Below, one piece after another: positions 28,240 to 42,019 of a stretch of DNA of 64,000 nucleotides. Source of the stretch: the human T2T-CHM13v2.0 reference genome, Homo sapiens; assembly GCF_009914755.1 (NCBI RefSeq), contig NC_060938.1. One strand, 5' to 3'. Each line of letters opens with the position of its first letter. The stretch's first letter is position 1. The notes beneath the pieces were generated by a model. That model did no database searches. It had not been told where the DNA came from and saw only the letters and a list, made by a program, of their open reading frames with translations. The translations under genes were made by a program, and so were the position numbers.

Positions 28240-29389
28240 CTAAACATTCAAAAATTTCCAATTGTCTTCCCATTTCATTTACTTACTTTTGGGTAGTGGT
28301 CTTAACATTTTTTTTCTTCTGGTTTCTCATCGTGATTTTTACATTGAAATTACGTAGGGAAGTTTACAATATTGCTGTTTGCTTCAGTACACAGCTTGCT
28401 TTTGGAAATATGCTCATCATTCCTAGCTTCTTCACATCAAAATGATAGCTTCCTTCAGAAGAATGACAAGAAAACATAGGCATTGCAAATAAAAACTCTT
28501 GAGAATTACAGGCAATCGACTGAAGCTGAGCTGTGACTTCTAAACATACTCTGTCATTAAAATATATGCTTTGGGGGGGATTTAACAGTTCAATGCCATT
28601 CAGTGCCCTACTCAGAGTTCATATGTGGAGACTTCATCTTGTATTAAAGGAAACACAAAAGACAATCCAGGAGAGGGATGTTCTTTGAACTGAGTGGTCT
28701 GAGTAGTCCATAAAAATGCCATTGTAACGTTTATGGCAAATCAGCTTCACCATATCCTAGGGTCTGGACCTGGTGAGGGTTCTTCCTGTATACTTCATCA
28801 CTCATTAGTTAAATACCTGTCAAAGAAATACAAATGGAAACAAAAGCCCCATAGAAGAGGGAGTGTAAAAACAGAAATGAGCAATATTGTAACCGACCCT
28901 GAGTAGAGAGATAGAGGTGGAATCTCTTCACCTGGTTTTGCCCTTTCAGAGCTCCAGAATTCTGATTTTGTGTTCCCTGCAGCCCGCATGTCTATACCTT
29001 TCAGTGTTTTTTAAATCAGGAATTAAAACAACAAATAAATGTGTTTAAAATAACTAGATTCATATTCTGAAATAATTTCATATAATTTATCATGAAAAGT
29101 TAGCATTAAAATAATATATGCAGTATATTTTGATATCACCTCCTTGCTCCTTTTAAATGTCTATTAAATGTCTTTTTCCAGTTTTACTGTAACATAGCAT
29201 CATCTATTCTGTATGTTATTTTCTGCTACTTTCCTGTAAGAGTTTTTTAATGTAGGAAGAACCGACCTACGTACTCCACAGTTCATTCTTGTCTACATCC
29301 TTCCATTTATCAAATCTATCAAGCTTATACTATCAATAATGTATTTTTAAATTTCTAAATCAGGAAAACAGCTGACAAGCATTCAATAT

Positions 29390-29600
29390 GTCCCCATTTC
29401 ACAGTTCATCATATTTCATCTCCTCATACTTACAACAATTCCATGAGGTAGGTACTGTCCCATCTGACTTATAAAGATGCTAGTGAGACCAGGGAGATAA
29501 ATCAACACAACCTGGTCCTCCTTGAATAAGTTAGATTGCCTGTATTGCAAGTTGGCAATCTGATCAGACAGCATAGGCTTATTCTAGTATATTGTACCCT
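29390..29600 (-). mobile_element. MIR fragment
   Basis: acaacaattccatgaggtaggtactgtcccatctgacttataaagatg. Confidence 0.55.
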
Positions 29601-30124
29601 CATAATAATTATATAAATAACTACCATTTATTGATAGCTCACTCTTTGCCAGAAAGTGTGCTGACTTTGGGAGGATGAAAAAGAAAGTATAGTGTAGTGG
29701 GATGTAGTCCTGAAGCACAACAGATTCTAATTTGGGGAGCGATTTTTAAATAAATTAATACAATGATTCTGAGTGATATAAAAATGTTATTTATGTACCA
29801 AGTTCTGTCGGGATAGAGAGAAGAGGCTATGTGAGTATGTAGGACAGAATGTGAGGAACTACGCAATTGCTTTTTGCATTAGACTGTGTGGTTCTTGTAT
29901 TCTAGGTGCCAAGCTCTTGGCATGTGCTCAATACATATTTGTTGAGTTAGTTAATGGAAAGTGAATTAAAAGGTCAAACACCAGCTAGATTTTTAAAGAA
30001 AGGGTAGCAGTTATTGGCCAGGCCTGGAAGAGCAGTACAAGAATGACAAGTAGAGAGTACAGAATGTACAAAGGCAAACAGGGAGTGTATAAAAAGCTCT
30101 ACAAGGATTGGCTGCAGTGAACAA

Positions 30125-31070
30125 CTTGTTCATTCATCTATTTAACAAGCATTTATTCAGTGTTTACTACCTCAGGAACTGTTACGGCACCAGTAGTGAG
30201 CAATGCACATATTTCAGTGTGTCCATATTGCAATGGTTATGGAGAATATGGTAAGACAGGATGTCTAAAGTATAAGTGATGACCATTGATCATGAATATC
30301 AGGCTAAAGAGCTTTGATTTATTTTGAGAACAACGTGAAGCAAACTCTTAAGAAAGTAACTTGATGAGATTCAAAATAAAAAGCTAAAACTTTTATCTAT
30401 TTCATCAAATTTTCTTCGTAAAAAATTTGCTGAAAATTTAAAAAGAGAAGAGTAAAATATTTGATATTTACAAAGATCACACAGTTGTATGGGAGCATGG
30501 GAGAGATATAAGCGTGGTGAGAGTCAGACTGATGAAGACTGGGAATCAGTCAGCTGGAAATGAGGAGAAACTGACATCAGGCAATAGTTACCAAATAGGA
30601 ACAACTCTGGAGGGTCCTGTGGTAGGACTGTGGTAATCCAATGACTTTATATGGCAGGGTAATGTAGGAATAAAGGAGAGAGATGAGTCATGGATGAATC
30701 TGAGGTTTTCTTTTTATGCACATTGGTTATGCAATGTGGAGACACTGGCTCAAAGTGAGAGCTTTGGGGAGAAACACTTATCAATATGAGGGTAGAGGAA
30801 CAGCATGAGCCAGTTTTGGAAACGGTGGTTTGAGTTGTATTTAGTAGGCAGTAAGAAAGACAGGTGCGAAACTTCTGAAAAAGGCTGATACTGAAAATGT
30901 ATCATCAGAAGTCATCGTAATAGAGGTTTTAGCTGAAGCCAGGAAGGCAGATGTGCCAACCCAGGGAGAAAGCAAAACACATAAGAAGAGAAATTAGAAC
31001 TGCTCAAAAGCCTGGAAAGCCAACGGTTAATGGGAGAGAAGTGGAGAACCAGAAGGGGACTGGGAATGAG
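30125..31070 (-). mobile_element. L2 relic
   Basis: ttcattcatctatttaacaagcatttattcagtgtttacta start with purine-rich L2 body. Confidence 0.6.
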
Positions 31071-32078
31071 CCGGCAGAGAAATAGGTGGCATCCTCACTG
31101 GGGCCTCTGCATTAGTCTTCTGATTAAATTTGTTTACAAGCCTGGCAGAGCAATAATTAATGCTGATGAGCTGAGTTGTTTGCAGATCACAGATTCGGTT
31201 GTGCCCTTGACACTGGGAATTTCAAGGCTTCTCTGAAGATCTAAAAACAATAGGCAGCCTTTGCAAAATTTGAAAGCCAACTTTCAAATGGAATCTGGGG
31301 ACTTAATTCAACCCTTTTCAAAGAGAAGAATATTTCTCTAGTTGCTGCCAGGCATCTACTTTCTTTTCCATAATTGTTGCAAAAATTAACCTTTGCCGAT
31401 TAAAATAGTGTTAAGTATCGGGTTCTGGATGCTATGCTAGAACAAAGGCCTGGTTTTATAGGATCAGAAATGACTAAGTAAAGGGGATTCCTTCCAGAGT
31501 GACTTGGGAAATAAAGAAATTCTTCTTTAAGTATTTAATCAATAAATAGAGAAGTGAAAGCCTATATGTGTCTTAGAAAGATGAGGTTTCTTCTTATTAT
31601 TTCTACTTCTCCTGCCTCCCTGTTTGAATGTGTTACAGTGATCGTGATTGGATTAATTCAAAATAATGCTTATTTAAATGATAAGATGTTGCTTGCTAAT
31701 GTTACATAAATGTTTTTCTTGATGTTTTTAAGTTCCCACCCACTTTTCTTTCTACTTGAGAAGATGTTTTATATTTACAGAAAAGTTCCAAGTAATGCTC
31801 AGATTGAAAGAACCAAGGGTCTCTCATAAATCAGTGCCAGGTTACTGTTGACCATTAGAGGCAGACTGGGTGCAAACGTGATGGGCCAATAATGTATGGG
31901 CATCGACACCAGTCTCTGCCCCAACCTCCCTTGGGTCAGCAGTTGTACCTATGTCATCGGAACATCTGCATGTCAGATCAGCATTACTACAGATAACTGG
32001 TCTGACTATGCTTTAATCTGAGAGAGCTCAGCAGGATAGTGAGGTGTCTTGAGTCTGGAGCTTGAAGGCGTGGATTAA

Positions 32079-32472
<394 letters not shown>

Positions 32473-32880
32473 GCTTTGATTTTTAATATGTAAAACAGTC
32501 ATGGGGATAAGATTGTAATGGGGCAGATAAGACTTTCTGGGTTCTCATGAGGATTACATGATGAAATACATCAATACATGAAATGAGGAATCTGTGTCCC
32601 AGGGCCAAACAGCATATTTGCATTAGCGGCTTCACTAATCTGTTTCTGCAGTCTTCTGTATTTAACCTCTTGGTGCTTGTAAAGTCCTTTTAGATAATTT
32701 AATCTTAAAATGTTTAAAGTTATTTAATAAAAAGACTATAAAAATTGTATCTAATAGTATTGGTCCTTCTATTTTTCTCTTAAATTCATTTTGACTATTC
32801 ATTTGCATATTGCATTTGGCCAGGCTGGGCACGCTTCCTTTTTAGCTTCCATTGTTTCTAACATATTTTTTTTTAAAGTT

Positions 32881-32999
32881 TTAGAATTTTTAATTTAATT
32901 TAATTTAGAATTTAATTTAAATTAATTTAATTCTAATTAAATTAGAATTTAACTAATAATTTAATTCTAATTAAATTAGAATTTAACTAATAATTTAAT
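32881..32999. repeat. AT-rich tandem and palindromic repeat (34-bp unit x2)
   Basis: TAATTTAATTCTAATTAAATTAGAATTTAACTAA at 32923-32956 and 32957-32990. Confidence 0.9.
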
Positions 33000-33024
33000 A
33001 TCACTATTGTTAATATTTTAACAA

Positions 33025-33240
33025 CAAGACATTTGGAGCCAAACCATATGGATTTTAATTTTGGCTCCTCCATTAATACTTCCTTTGTCAATAAGCAAGT
33101 TGTGAAAATCCCTGTGCATCAGTTTCCTCATCTACAAATCAGGATAATTTAGTATGCAGCTTATATGGTTGGGAAGATTAAATGACTGGGCATAGGCAAA
33201 AGGCTTAGAAAAATGCCTGGTATATAAGTGTTTGCTCTTA
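33025..33240 (+). mobile_element. MIR SINE
   Basis: ctgtgcatcagtttcctcatctacaaatcagg...aggcttagaaaaatgcctggtatataag. Confidence 0.8.
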
Positions 33241-34581
33241 AGTTATGCAACCTTTATCTTTATTAAGGATGGATCCATCATTTTAATAACACTTTGGGAA
33301 TGAAGAGAAAGTCACTGTCATGCTACATTTAAACTAAGTGATACAACTAGTCAATTTAAAACATTTGAAGCATTTTCAAATTACTTTCTAAATGGAAAGA
33401 AATGACTTAGTGGAGTAGCTTTACTCTGAATGATAAGGCTGAGATGCACATGTGGGCACAAAGCCCCAGGTTTTTGGGTCAATTAAAAAAATGAAGAACC
33501 AGTATATTGATTTCAAGAGACCTGATGAAAAGGAACAATTTTTGTGATGACAGTAAAATTGCTATGGATCACATTATTATTTTTTTAAATTCCCTAATTT
33601 TTTCTCAGAGTATGCTTAAATGGTTTATTTGAAGAGCTAATAACTTAAGGTGGGAAAACTTGAACCAATTTTCATCCTGGTCACTCTTCAACTGACATAT
33701 ACTTCCTATGTTTATTTCATGTTTCTGACTTTGCTATTTTCCTAGAGTGGCTACCATCTTACTAAAAAATAATAATTATACAGTAAACAAAGATCAATAA
33801 TGTTGAACTGACTAACAATAAGCATAAGAAAGGAAATATTAGAATAGCCAGGTAAAAATAATCTCCCAGTTCATTCATTAATCATAAGTAGTCTTTCCTA
33901 TGATTGAATTATTTTACTAAATTGTCATTTCATTTGCTTGTTTTACTTCTTTGCTTTATTGTTGTACATTTTTCTTTCTTTTACATTCTATGCTCTTAGA
34001 ATAAAATAGTAATCATTTTTGAGGTCTGGGAGTGTCATTCTATCTGGTCTACCATTTTATTGGAAAGCTTAGGAAACTGGTCCAGAGTGATTTGTGACTA
34101 ACTCAAGATCATGTTTTATCTATTATTGGCTGCAGAACCAATAATAGAATTTGGTCTCCAGACTCTATTATCTCATCTATCTCTACAAGCCATGTTTCTT
34201 CTAATTGCACACATTCTCCTCAGATTACTTGTATTTTTGATATTTTTATTATGGTTTTTATTGCTTTTTCAGTGCTTTAAAAAATATTATTTTTCTATTC
34301 ACCAATTTCTGTAAAAAGAACAATGATGAATTCAATCTTAAATAAAAAATGCATTTATGAAAATACTAAAAAAAAGAAATGCCAAAAAATAGACGTTTTT
34401 CTATTTTCATGTTCCATCCTTGATTCACCATTGATTTATTCCTATAACTTATAGGAGGAATAGCTGAAATCTGTCATTGTCTCAAAATGAGAATTCTTTC
34501 TTCAGTTTGGAAGACCCATAAACACATCTGTTGCTACTTTTATCCATGAAAGAATAATGCAAAAAGATAAGTATTCACATT

Positions 34582-34924
34582 CATTTAGTCCTCTGTATCT
34601 GTCTGTAGTTTCCACATCAATGAATCCAACCAACCAATGATTGAAAATATTTGAAAACAACATAGATGGTTGTAACTATACTAAATGTCTATAGACTTTT
34701 CTTTTTTATCATTATTTCCTAAACAACACAGTATAATACTATTTACATAGTATTTACATTGTATGAGGTATTATAAATAATCTAGATATGATTTATACAG
34801 GAGGATGTGCATAGGTTATTTGAAAATACTACACCATTTCCTATAAGAGACTTGGGGATTTCATGGATTTTGTTATCCACAGAGATCATGACATAAATTC
34901 CCTGTAGATACAGAGGGACGCCTA
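34582..34924 (-). mobile_element. MER2 TcMar-Tigger MITE
   Basis: Antisense MER2 (caggaggatgtgcataggttat, taatctagatatgattta) with degenerate TIRs. Confidence 0.85.
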
Positions 34925-35052
34925 TATAGACTTAAAGAAAGTGTTTAATTCATCAATAAGAATTTCAAGCTATTTATATCTAATCAAATATAACTATGAA
35001 TTTTTACTTAGAATTGAAAAAGTAAAGATATCAGCTAGATGATAAAGAAATT

Positions 35053-35056
<4 letters not shown>

Positions 35057-35088
<32 letters not shown>
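35057..35088. repeat. (CA)16 microsatellite
   Basis: Direct reading. Confidence 0.98.
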
Positions 35089-35090
<2 letters not shown>

Positions 35091-35814
35091 GTACAGTGAG
35101 CTTTCTAAATGTAGTAAGATTAAATCAGAGGCCTATCTTATTATTTAAAATCTTAACCTGAATAAAATATTAAGTTAGTTCAAGTTGAATGTAGAATTTG
35201 GTGGATTAGTAATTTTATAAAATACATAATAAAATCACAAATAAATTATTTCACCAGGATATAGTTGTGAGCTTTTAAATTATTCAGTTTTTAGTGTAGG
35301 AAAAAAAGTGATTTGATTCTGATTTAAATTTAACAAAAGCAGATTTTCTTTTGGATGTGTGATTCACTATTTACATCCCCAGTTCTAATCAGAGAATGTG
35401 ATGCAAATTCTTAGAAATATTTTTTTCTAACTTCTCTCAGTATTTCTAGCCTATCATTTACAATTGAACGTTTTAAGTAGAATCTCCTTGATACAGGGGT
35501 AGAGATTTTTTATTTTTTATTTATTTTAAAATTTTTTCACGTGTGAGCATATTTAATTGCAGAAGTATAGTACCTGGAGCTATAATGTCACAGGACAAGA
35601 TATGCTAGGTAATATGTTCAAATTGAAATGCCTAATGGAGAGTTTGATGACATTCATGTGTTGTTACCAATTGCCTTAATGAAGTCCTGTCTCTCTTCCT
35701 CTGAGAGGTTCCCATAGTGTCCACAACACCTAATGGAGGGCTCACTGTGAAAACTGAGTAGGGGATGAGCCCAGGGTGCAGGGATTCAGCTACCTAAGAA
35801 GACAACTCAACTAC

Positions 35815-35880
35815 CTAACACAGGAACAGAAAACCAAACACCACGTGTTCTCGTTCATAAGTGGGAGTTGAACAATGAGA
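35815..35880 (+). mobile_element. Isolated 66-bp L1PA fragment (ORF2 end/3'UTR start)
   Basis: ctaacacaggaacagaaaaccaaacaccacgtgttctcgttcataagtgggagttgaacaatgaga; homologous to 19971-20036 in this window. Confidence 0.85.
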
Positions 35881-37565
35881 TTTCTTATCATCTTAATGTG
35901 CTGCAGCACAGTGACTTGTATACAGTATACCTGTAATATATATCAATTAATTGACATCAAGTTAATTTTAGGCCTATGGGCATTTCTGAAAGAAATCTGT
36001 TTCTAGATAGAGTTTATCTAGATCACTAACTTGCTTTTCTATGTTAATCATTGTATTGATTGATGAGGGAAAGAACTAGGATACAGATGGCTTAGTTATG
36101 CAGTGAAATGCTAATGATTACAATACATAGTTTCTTCATATGACATTGAAAGAACGTATGATAAACCACAAAAGAGATGACAAATTAAGGCAAGTGTTCA
36201 CATTTCAACTGTAAGTCATTTGAAACTTTATATTTCTGTTTTTAGGATAATATTTTAAAGATAGTGGCAGTATGTTCACTTTTCCTGTACATCCTTAAAG
36301 CTCAAACATACACAAAATATCTCCTGACATTCTATTCTATGAGATAATAGTGATTTTACAACTGTTTCAATCCATTGTTTATCAAGAGCCGCATGGGTGA
36401 CTCTTTAAAGTCAGCTCATAATAACATTTTTCTCCAGATTCACTGGCCTTCACTGAATTTTAATATGTCTAAATTTTAGTGCAATCCATTTGACTATACA
36501 AATACCTTCTATTTGTTTCTTTATATATGCCTGAAATTTCTTTTCCCCTCAACCAACTTGTAAGATAATTGAAGGCAGGACCTTTGACTTACATAATTCT
36601 TTTCCATCCTTCACATGGCTTAGCCTAGTGCACGACTTATGAACTGCTTAACAACTCCTTGAAAATATATTGTGCTTGGGTTACAAGTTACCTTAGAAAT
36701 TACATATTCACTATTCACAAAACATTTGAGTGCTCATTGTATACAGCATGGCATTAAGGAGTTGGGCTGTGGAACTGAAGACCATGCATGGATCTGTTAT
36801 TCTTAGCTGTAGAACATTGGTCAACTTTCCAAAAATTTCTGTCTGACATTTACATGCTCTAAAGTAGAAATAATTTAATTCTCCCAAGAAACAGCAGGGA
36901 AATTACATTATGTATGTAATATATATAGGGTTCACAAAACAAATACCTCTTACATGATAAACACAGTAAATATTGTCTCCTCTGTGATCATAATAGTGAT
37001 GAAAATGATGGTGACAGTGATGCTGATGTCAGGGACTGAGCACATATAGACAAAATTTTCCCTTTTAAAAATAAATGAGAGTAAAACTGAAACGGAAATC
37101 ACAAAACATGACACAATGTGATAAACTATGAAACAAGACTGAATAATAAAATGGAAGCCTGGGAGAAGAATACCTGTGGTTACCTAAAAGAATCAGTAAA
37201 TACCTCTCAGTTGGGAATACATTAAGAAGATCCTTAAAGAGATTAGCAATTTGGCAGGTGGACAGAATGTTAGTTCTTGTAAAGTGGAGCAAATGCATTC
37301 AGCCAGAAAGGACTGCAGATGCCAAGTATGAAGGCCCGGGAGGACATTCTGAGGTCCAAAAAATTCAGTAGCCCTGGAACATATTTTGAGAAAGAGATTT
37401 CTATGAAATTAGATCAAAGTAGATAGGGAACCATATATAATGCTACTAGCAAAAATAACAATGACAATAATAACAAGCTCATAGCTGCCAATGACTGATT
37501 ACTTACTATTTTTATGCGCTATACTATGTACTAATACTATATATGCATAAATTATTTCATTCAGT

Positions 37566-37849
37566 TTTTTTTTTTTTTTTGAGACAGAGTCTGGCTCTGT
37601 CACCGAGGCTGGAGTGTAGTGGCGTATTCTCAGCTCACTGCAACCTCCGTCTTCTGGGTTCAGGCGATTCTCCTGCCTCTGCTGGGATTATAGATGCCTG
37701 CCACCATGCCTGGCTAATTTTTGTATTTTTAGTGAGATGGGGTTTCTCCATCTTGGCCAGGCTGGTCCTGAACTCCTGACCTCAGGTGATCCGCCTACCT
37801 CGGTCTCCCAAAGTGCTGGAATTACAGGTGTGAGCCACCGCGTCCAGCC
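37566..37849 (-). mobile_element. AluSx-like element inserted in a MIR (~37470-38000)
   Basis: 12-bp TSD ATTTCATTCAGT at 37554-37565 and 37850-37861; ~13-bp internal deletion near 37680. Confidence 0.96.
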
Positions 37850-40800
37850 ATTTCATTCAGTCTTTACAACCACCCAATGAAATAGGTATTTTATTATCTC
37901 CATCTTAAACAAGGGAAAACTACTTATTAAGATGGAGCAATGTGCTCAAGTTCGCACAACTTTGAAGTGGTGGACTCATCTCTGAACTTAGGCAATTTGA
38001 TTGACATACAAACCAAGGATTCTTAAAGAGAATTAAAAAAAAATCTATGGTATACAGTTCCTAAATAAAATATGCTAAAAATTCTGTAAAAAAAATCAAC
38101 TAGGTATTAGAAATCACTATTTGGAATCTTAAGTTTGTGCCTTGGTTCAGCCTCTTAGATTGGCATTACTTTATGTAATTAGAAACATTGAATATGTAAT
38201 AATAACAATATAATAAGAAAAACTGGGTGATTAAAAGAGATTGAAGGTAGAAGAAAGACTACATTGCCTAATTTTTTACATCAGGGAATCTCTAAATACT
38301 AAATATAAAATGTGAGTTTATATAATGTATTAAGCAAACATGTTTTTAATTTTTTTATAATTTTGTATTTCAATGATCACCAATTAACATCTACTTGTCA
38401 CCAGAAATATTTATAAGGAGGCCAACATTTTCTTCAGCTTCTCCATAGCTTTTTCTTAAAGAAGTGAAACTGAATTTGATAATTTTAATATAATGCCTTA
38501 AGATGTTTAACCACAATTTTATGTAATATTTTCAATAATTTATATTTCTATCTGCCTTTTTTTTTACATGGAAACACATCTGAAATGATGTTCTTCAACT
38601 GTAAACATTTAAAAGATTTATAAGTTATTGTCACTGGCGTACATTTTTCCACTTTCTTAGACAATTTTGTATGCTTGTATAATTTGTATAGTAAACATGC
38701 ATAGTTTAATATGCAGTACATTTATTTAAAAGACTTTATTTCCAGTGTGGAGACCGGATACCAAAAAAGTGGTATCGGTAGACTGTTTTGAGGCTCCAGG
38801 CTCATGAGAGTGGGCTTTTCATGTTGTAGGAGGTCTGCCTCTCCAAGGCTCAGCAAGAGAATCAACCCCAGGCAGCCACAGCAGGGCAAAGGCAGAGTCA
38901 GGTGACCATGGATACTAGGATCCACTCTTTACCTGACTTCCAAATCAACAAAATCTTGTCTTGTCAATCATGTCAACTCCTAGTACTCCAGGGCTCTATT
39001 TCTGGCTGTGTTTGAAGCTTCCCTCACTCCCATTTGTTGATTATTAATCCCCAGACAGTTCCAAGTTTTTTGGTTCATTATCACATTTCATTTGGAGTCT
39101 CCTCCCATAAGGCATTCTCACCCAACACTAGCTGCACAGTTTTTCTCAAAATATCTTTCACAAGAGGCTTCAGAGCTCTGATAACTTCACACAGGAGACA
39201 GTTGGGTGTTGCAGTTAAAAACGGTGCCCATGGACTTCAAGGGGAAAGGGTGGCTTTTGTTTTCATACTTGTGAATATTTATATCTTCCTCTGTTGGCAC
39301 CTGACTCAGCATGGTAGAAGTGATCGGCTCATGTTCCCTAATGCTAATCACAAGAAAGAAAAAATTCCAGAATTGTTGCATTTCTTCTCTTTTCTCTTCA
39401 ACCTACATTTCTTCCTATCTTCAATCTACATCTGAGTTCTAAAATAACACTGGGATGCTAATTAAAACCACAAATAAAAACAAAAACAGTATAGGTGCTA
39501 AATATTATTTCTGTTTTTCTGAATCTCTGATTCATGGTTACCCTAAGAAGTAATGTATTATTTGCCAGTCACTAGAGCTTTGGGGTAGAATAAGAAATCC
39601 TCAATCAGCATCGAGTTAAATAAACTTACTGCAATTAAATTTTCTGTGGCATCATAGAGATTTCCAAGCTGATCCACAACATGACTTTGAAGGCTTTAGG
39701 ATAAAGATGAGGATGAACTGATCTCGCCAAACCACAGTTGACTCTCACCAGAATTCTACTGAGTTATAGAGATGTGATTTTTTTTCCCATTGAATAAAAT
39801 GTCTGCCTCAGCTGAACAGAGTTAGATACTAGGGCTACAGGGATATATTACACAGGCATAGATCGTGCTCTCAAGACTTGACAATCAAATAGGGCAGACA
39901 ATCAGAAAATTAAAATCCAGGAAGATAACAGCAACGATGAAAAAGAGTTCAGAACCCTGGAGAAGAATAACCTTACAAAAATTCTGGGGTCAGGAAGTCT
40001 TCCCAGCAGAGATGACATCTCAGCTGAGGATTAAAGTTTCCATGGGAATGACCCAGGTAAGATCTAATGAAATTCTCAGTGAGGAAATTATGTTTAAACA
40101 TCCCAGTTGAATTATTGTGAATGAAAGTGCTACCTCTTTTCCTCCTGGAACTTTTCTCCTCCCTGAGGCAATTATAGAAGCAAATTTTCCTGCAGAAAAA
40201 AAGAATCAACGTGTTGTTTTGAAACTTGGCCGCACCATCATAAAACCAGCAGCAGCCAAGCCTACAGATAGAAAAACCTGTAAAGAGGAGAAGGGAGGGA
40301 TAACAGAGATAGACTGTCCCAAGAGGCCTGTTTATTCCTTGATGAAGCTGGAGGAAGAGAAAGAGACAGAGAGAGAGAGAGATGGAAGCAAGATTCCATG
40401 TAAAAGAATCTTTCCCCTGAGCAGCAGAGATGCTGAGCAAAGTTGCTGGGTTATCAGTGTTGTGAATAAATGGTGTCAGCTTAACATTTTCCTGCTGGTA
40501 CAGACAGAACACCCCTGAGAAAAAGACACGGATCTTAGTTTTGTTTATTCAGTTGGGGGCGATGTCTTGCCAGGTTTTGATAAGTGTGTTTAGAAAGTGA
40601 AAGGGATATGGTTATTGTGTGGCTTCTGCTTTTTGCAATGTTAGTGTTACCCGTCTGAATTACAGAGTGAGTCTCAAGTGCTGCATATTTAAAACACAAA
40701 CCATCAGGTGATCATTACTGTGGCCAATGCCTATTAAGATATGCCTAGCGATGCCCCTCAAACTTGCTTTGCCCATTAGCCCAGATCAGGCTGTGTTTAT

Positions 40801-41634
40801 ACAGGATTTGAAGAAATATACCCTATTCCCTGTAATAGCTGGTTACTGGTGTATGAAATTCCTTTTAGTGAGATAAACTTTTCATTCGGCAAGCCGCAGC
40901 TGAGGCTCAAAATGCAAATAGCCCTATGGAGATGAAGCTGTTGGTTTTCATACTTTCCCATAAGTGAACTGAATGAAATGTTATCTTTTAAGAGCATTTT
41001 TAAAATGCATGTAGGAATTGAAGATGCTGTTGTGTTTCTGTGTGTATAAAAGAAAAAAAGAAAGGAGAAATAAAGGGATGAAGTGGGGGAAGAGAGAGAG
41101 GAGAGTGGCCAAGTTGCAACAGTAGAAGGTGAAAAGTAAAAAAGGCCTCCTCTGAGTTGCCACCATGATTTTTACATAGGCAGAATGGTTGAATAGAGAC
41201 CATCTGGAATTTAGATGAGGTAACATTAAATAGATCCATATATCTATATAGATACACACAGACACACACACACCACAGAATATATATATATAGATTCTCA
41301 CACAAATATACTACTTAGTCATGGGGTGTCTTGGAGAGAAGGAGATTTTATAGAAAAATGAGGCTGTTGGCAGTGTGTATACCCTTCCATGTCAGCATCA
41401 CTATCCCACCTACTTAGGAGGCCTACAAGACACTCACTTTTTAGGGAGTGTTGATAATAAATTAGTCAAAAAATTTTACAAAAAAGATGAGCTAAGTGAG
41501 GTCCTTACAGCTGGAGAAAAGAGGATGGGGATGAATGTCGGGAAAGGAAATCTAGCTCACTAAAAAATGAACCTTCCCTAAAGCCAACCCTTGAAAACAC
41601 CTTTTCTGACATCTTGCAATAGGTAAACAGCTGA

Positions 41635-41870
41635 AGCAATGGAGTATCATGAAAATTCTGCTGACTCCAGACTCAGGCAAACCTAGATTTAAGTCTGTGT
41701 GCTACCACTTACTATTTGTGTGACCTTGAACCTGTTAAACTATCTAAGCCTCAGTTTTCTTAGCTTTGTAATAGATATACTATCTAGATCATAAGAAGAT
41801 TTGTTGTGATAGAAGCCAAGTCATGACTACAGGAACACATAGATCTAGTTTAACTATTGTTGACATCATC
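41635..41870 (+). mobile_element. MIR SINE
   Basis: ctaccacttactatttgtgtgaccttgaac...tctaagcctcagttttctt. Confidence 0.75.
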
Positions 41871-42019
41871 ATTATCAGACCAAAAACTCATCAGAAAATA
41901 TCCACCAACTCTTAGCAATGCTTCTGTTGGGTGCTTTCAATTGGAGGCACAGCAAAAATAATAAGCAGTTACTTTGTTTGAAAAGCTAATTCTAAAGCAC
42001 TGCTCTTCTGGGGAAGTGG

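Noticed and set aside
39973-40518. Longest ORFs (179 aa on -, 133 aa on +) as protein-coding genes
   Set aside because: No recognisable domain, low-complexity GA-derived stretches, partial overlap with an L2-like relic, and lengths compatible with chance
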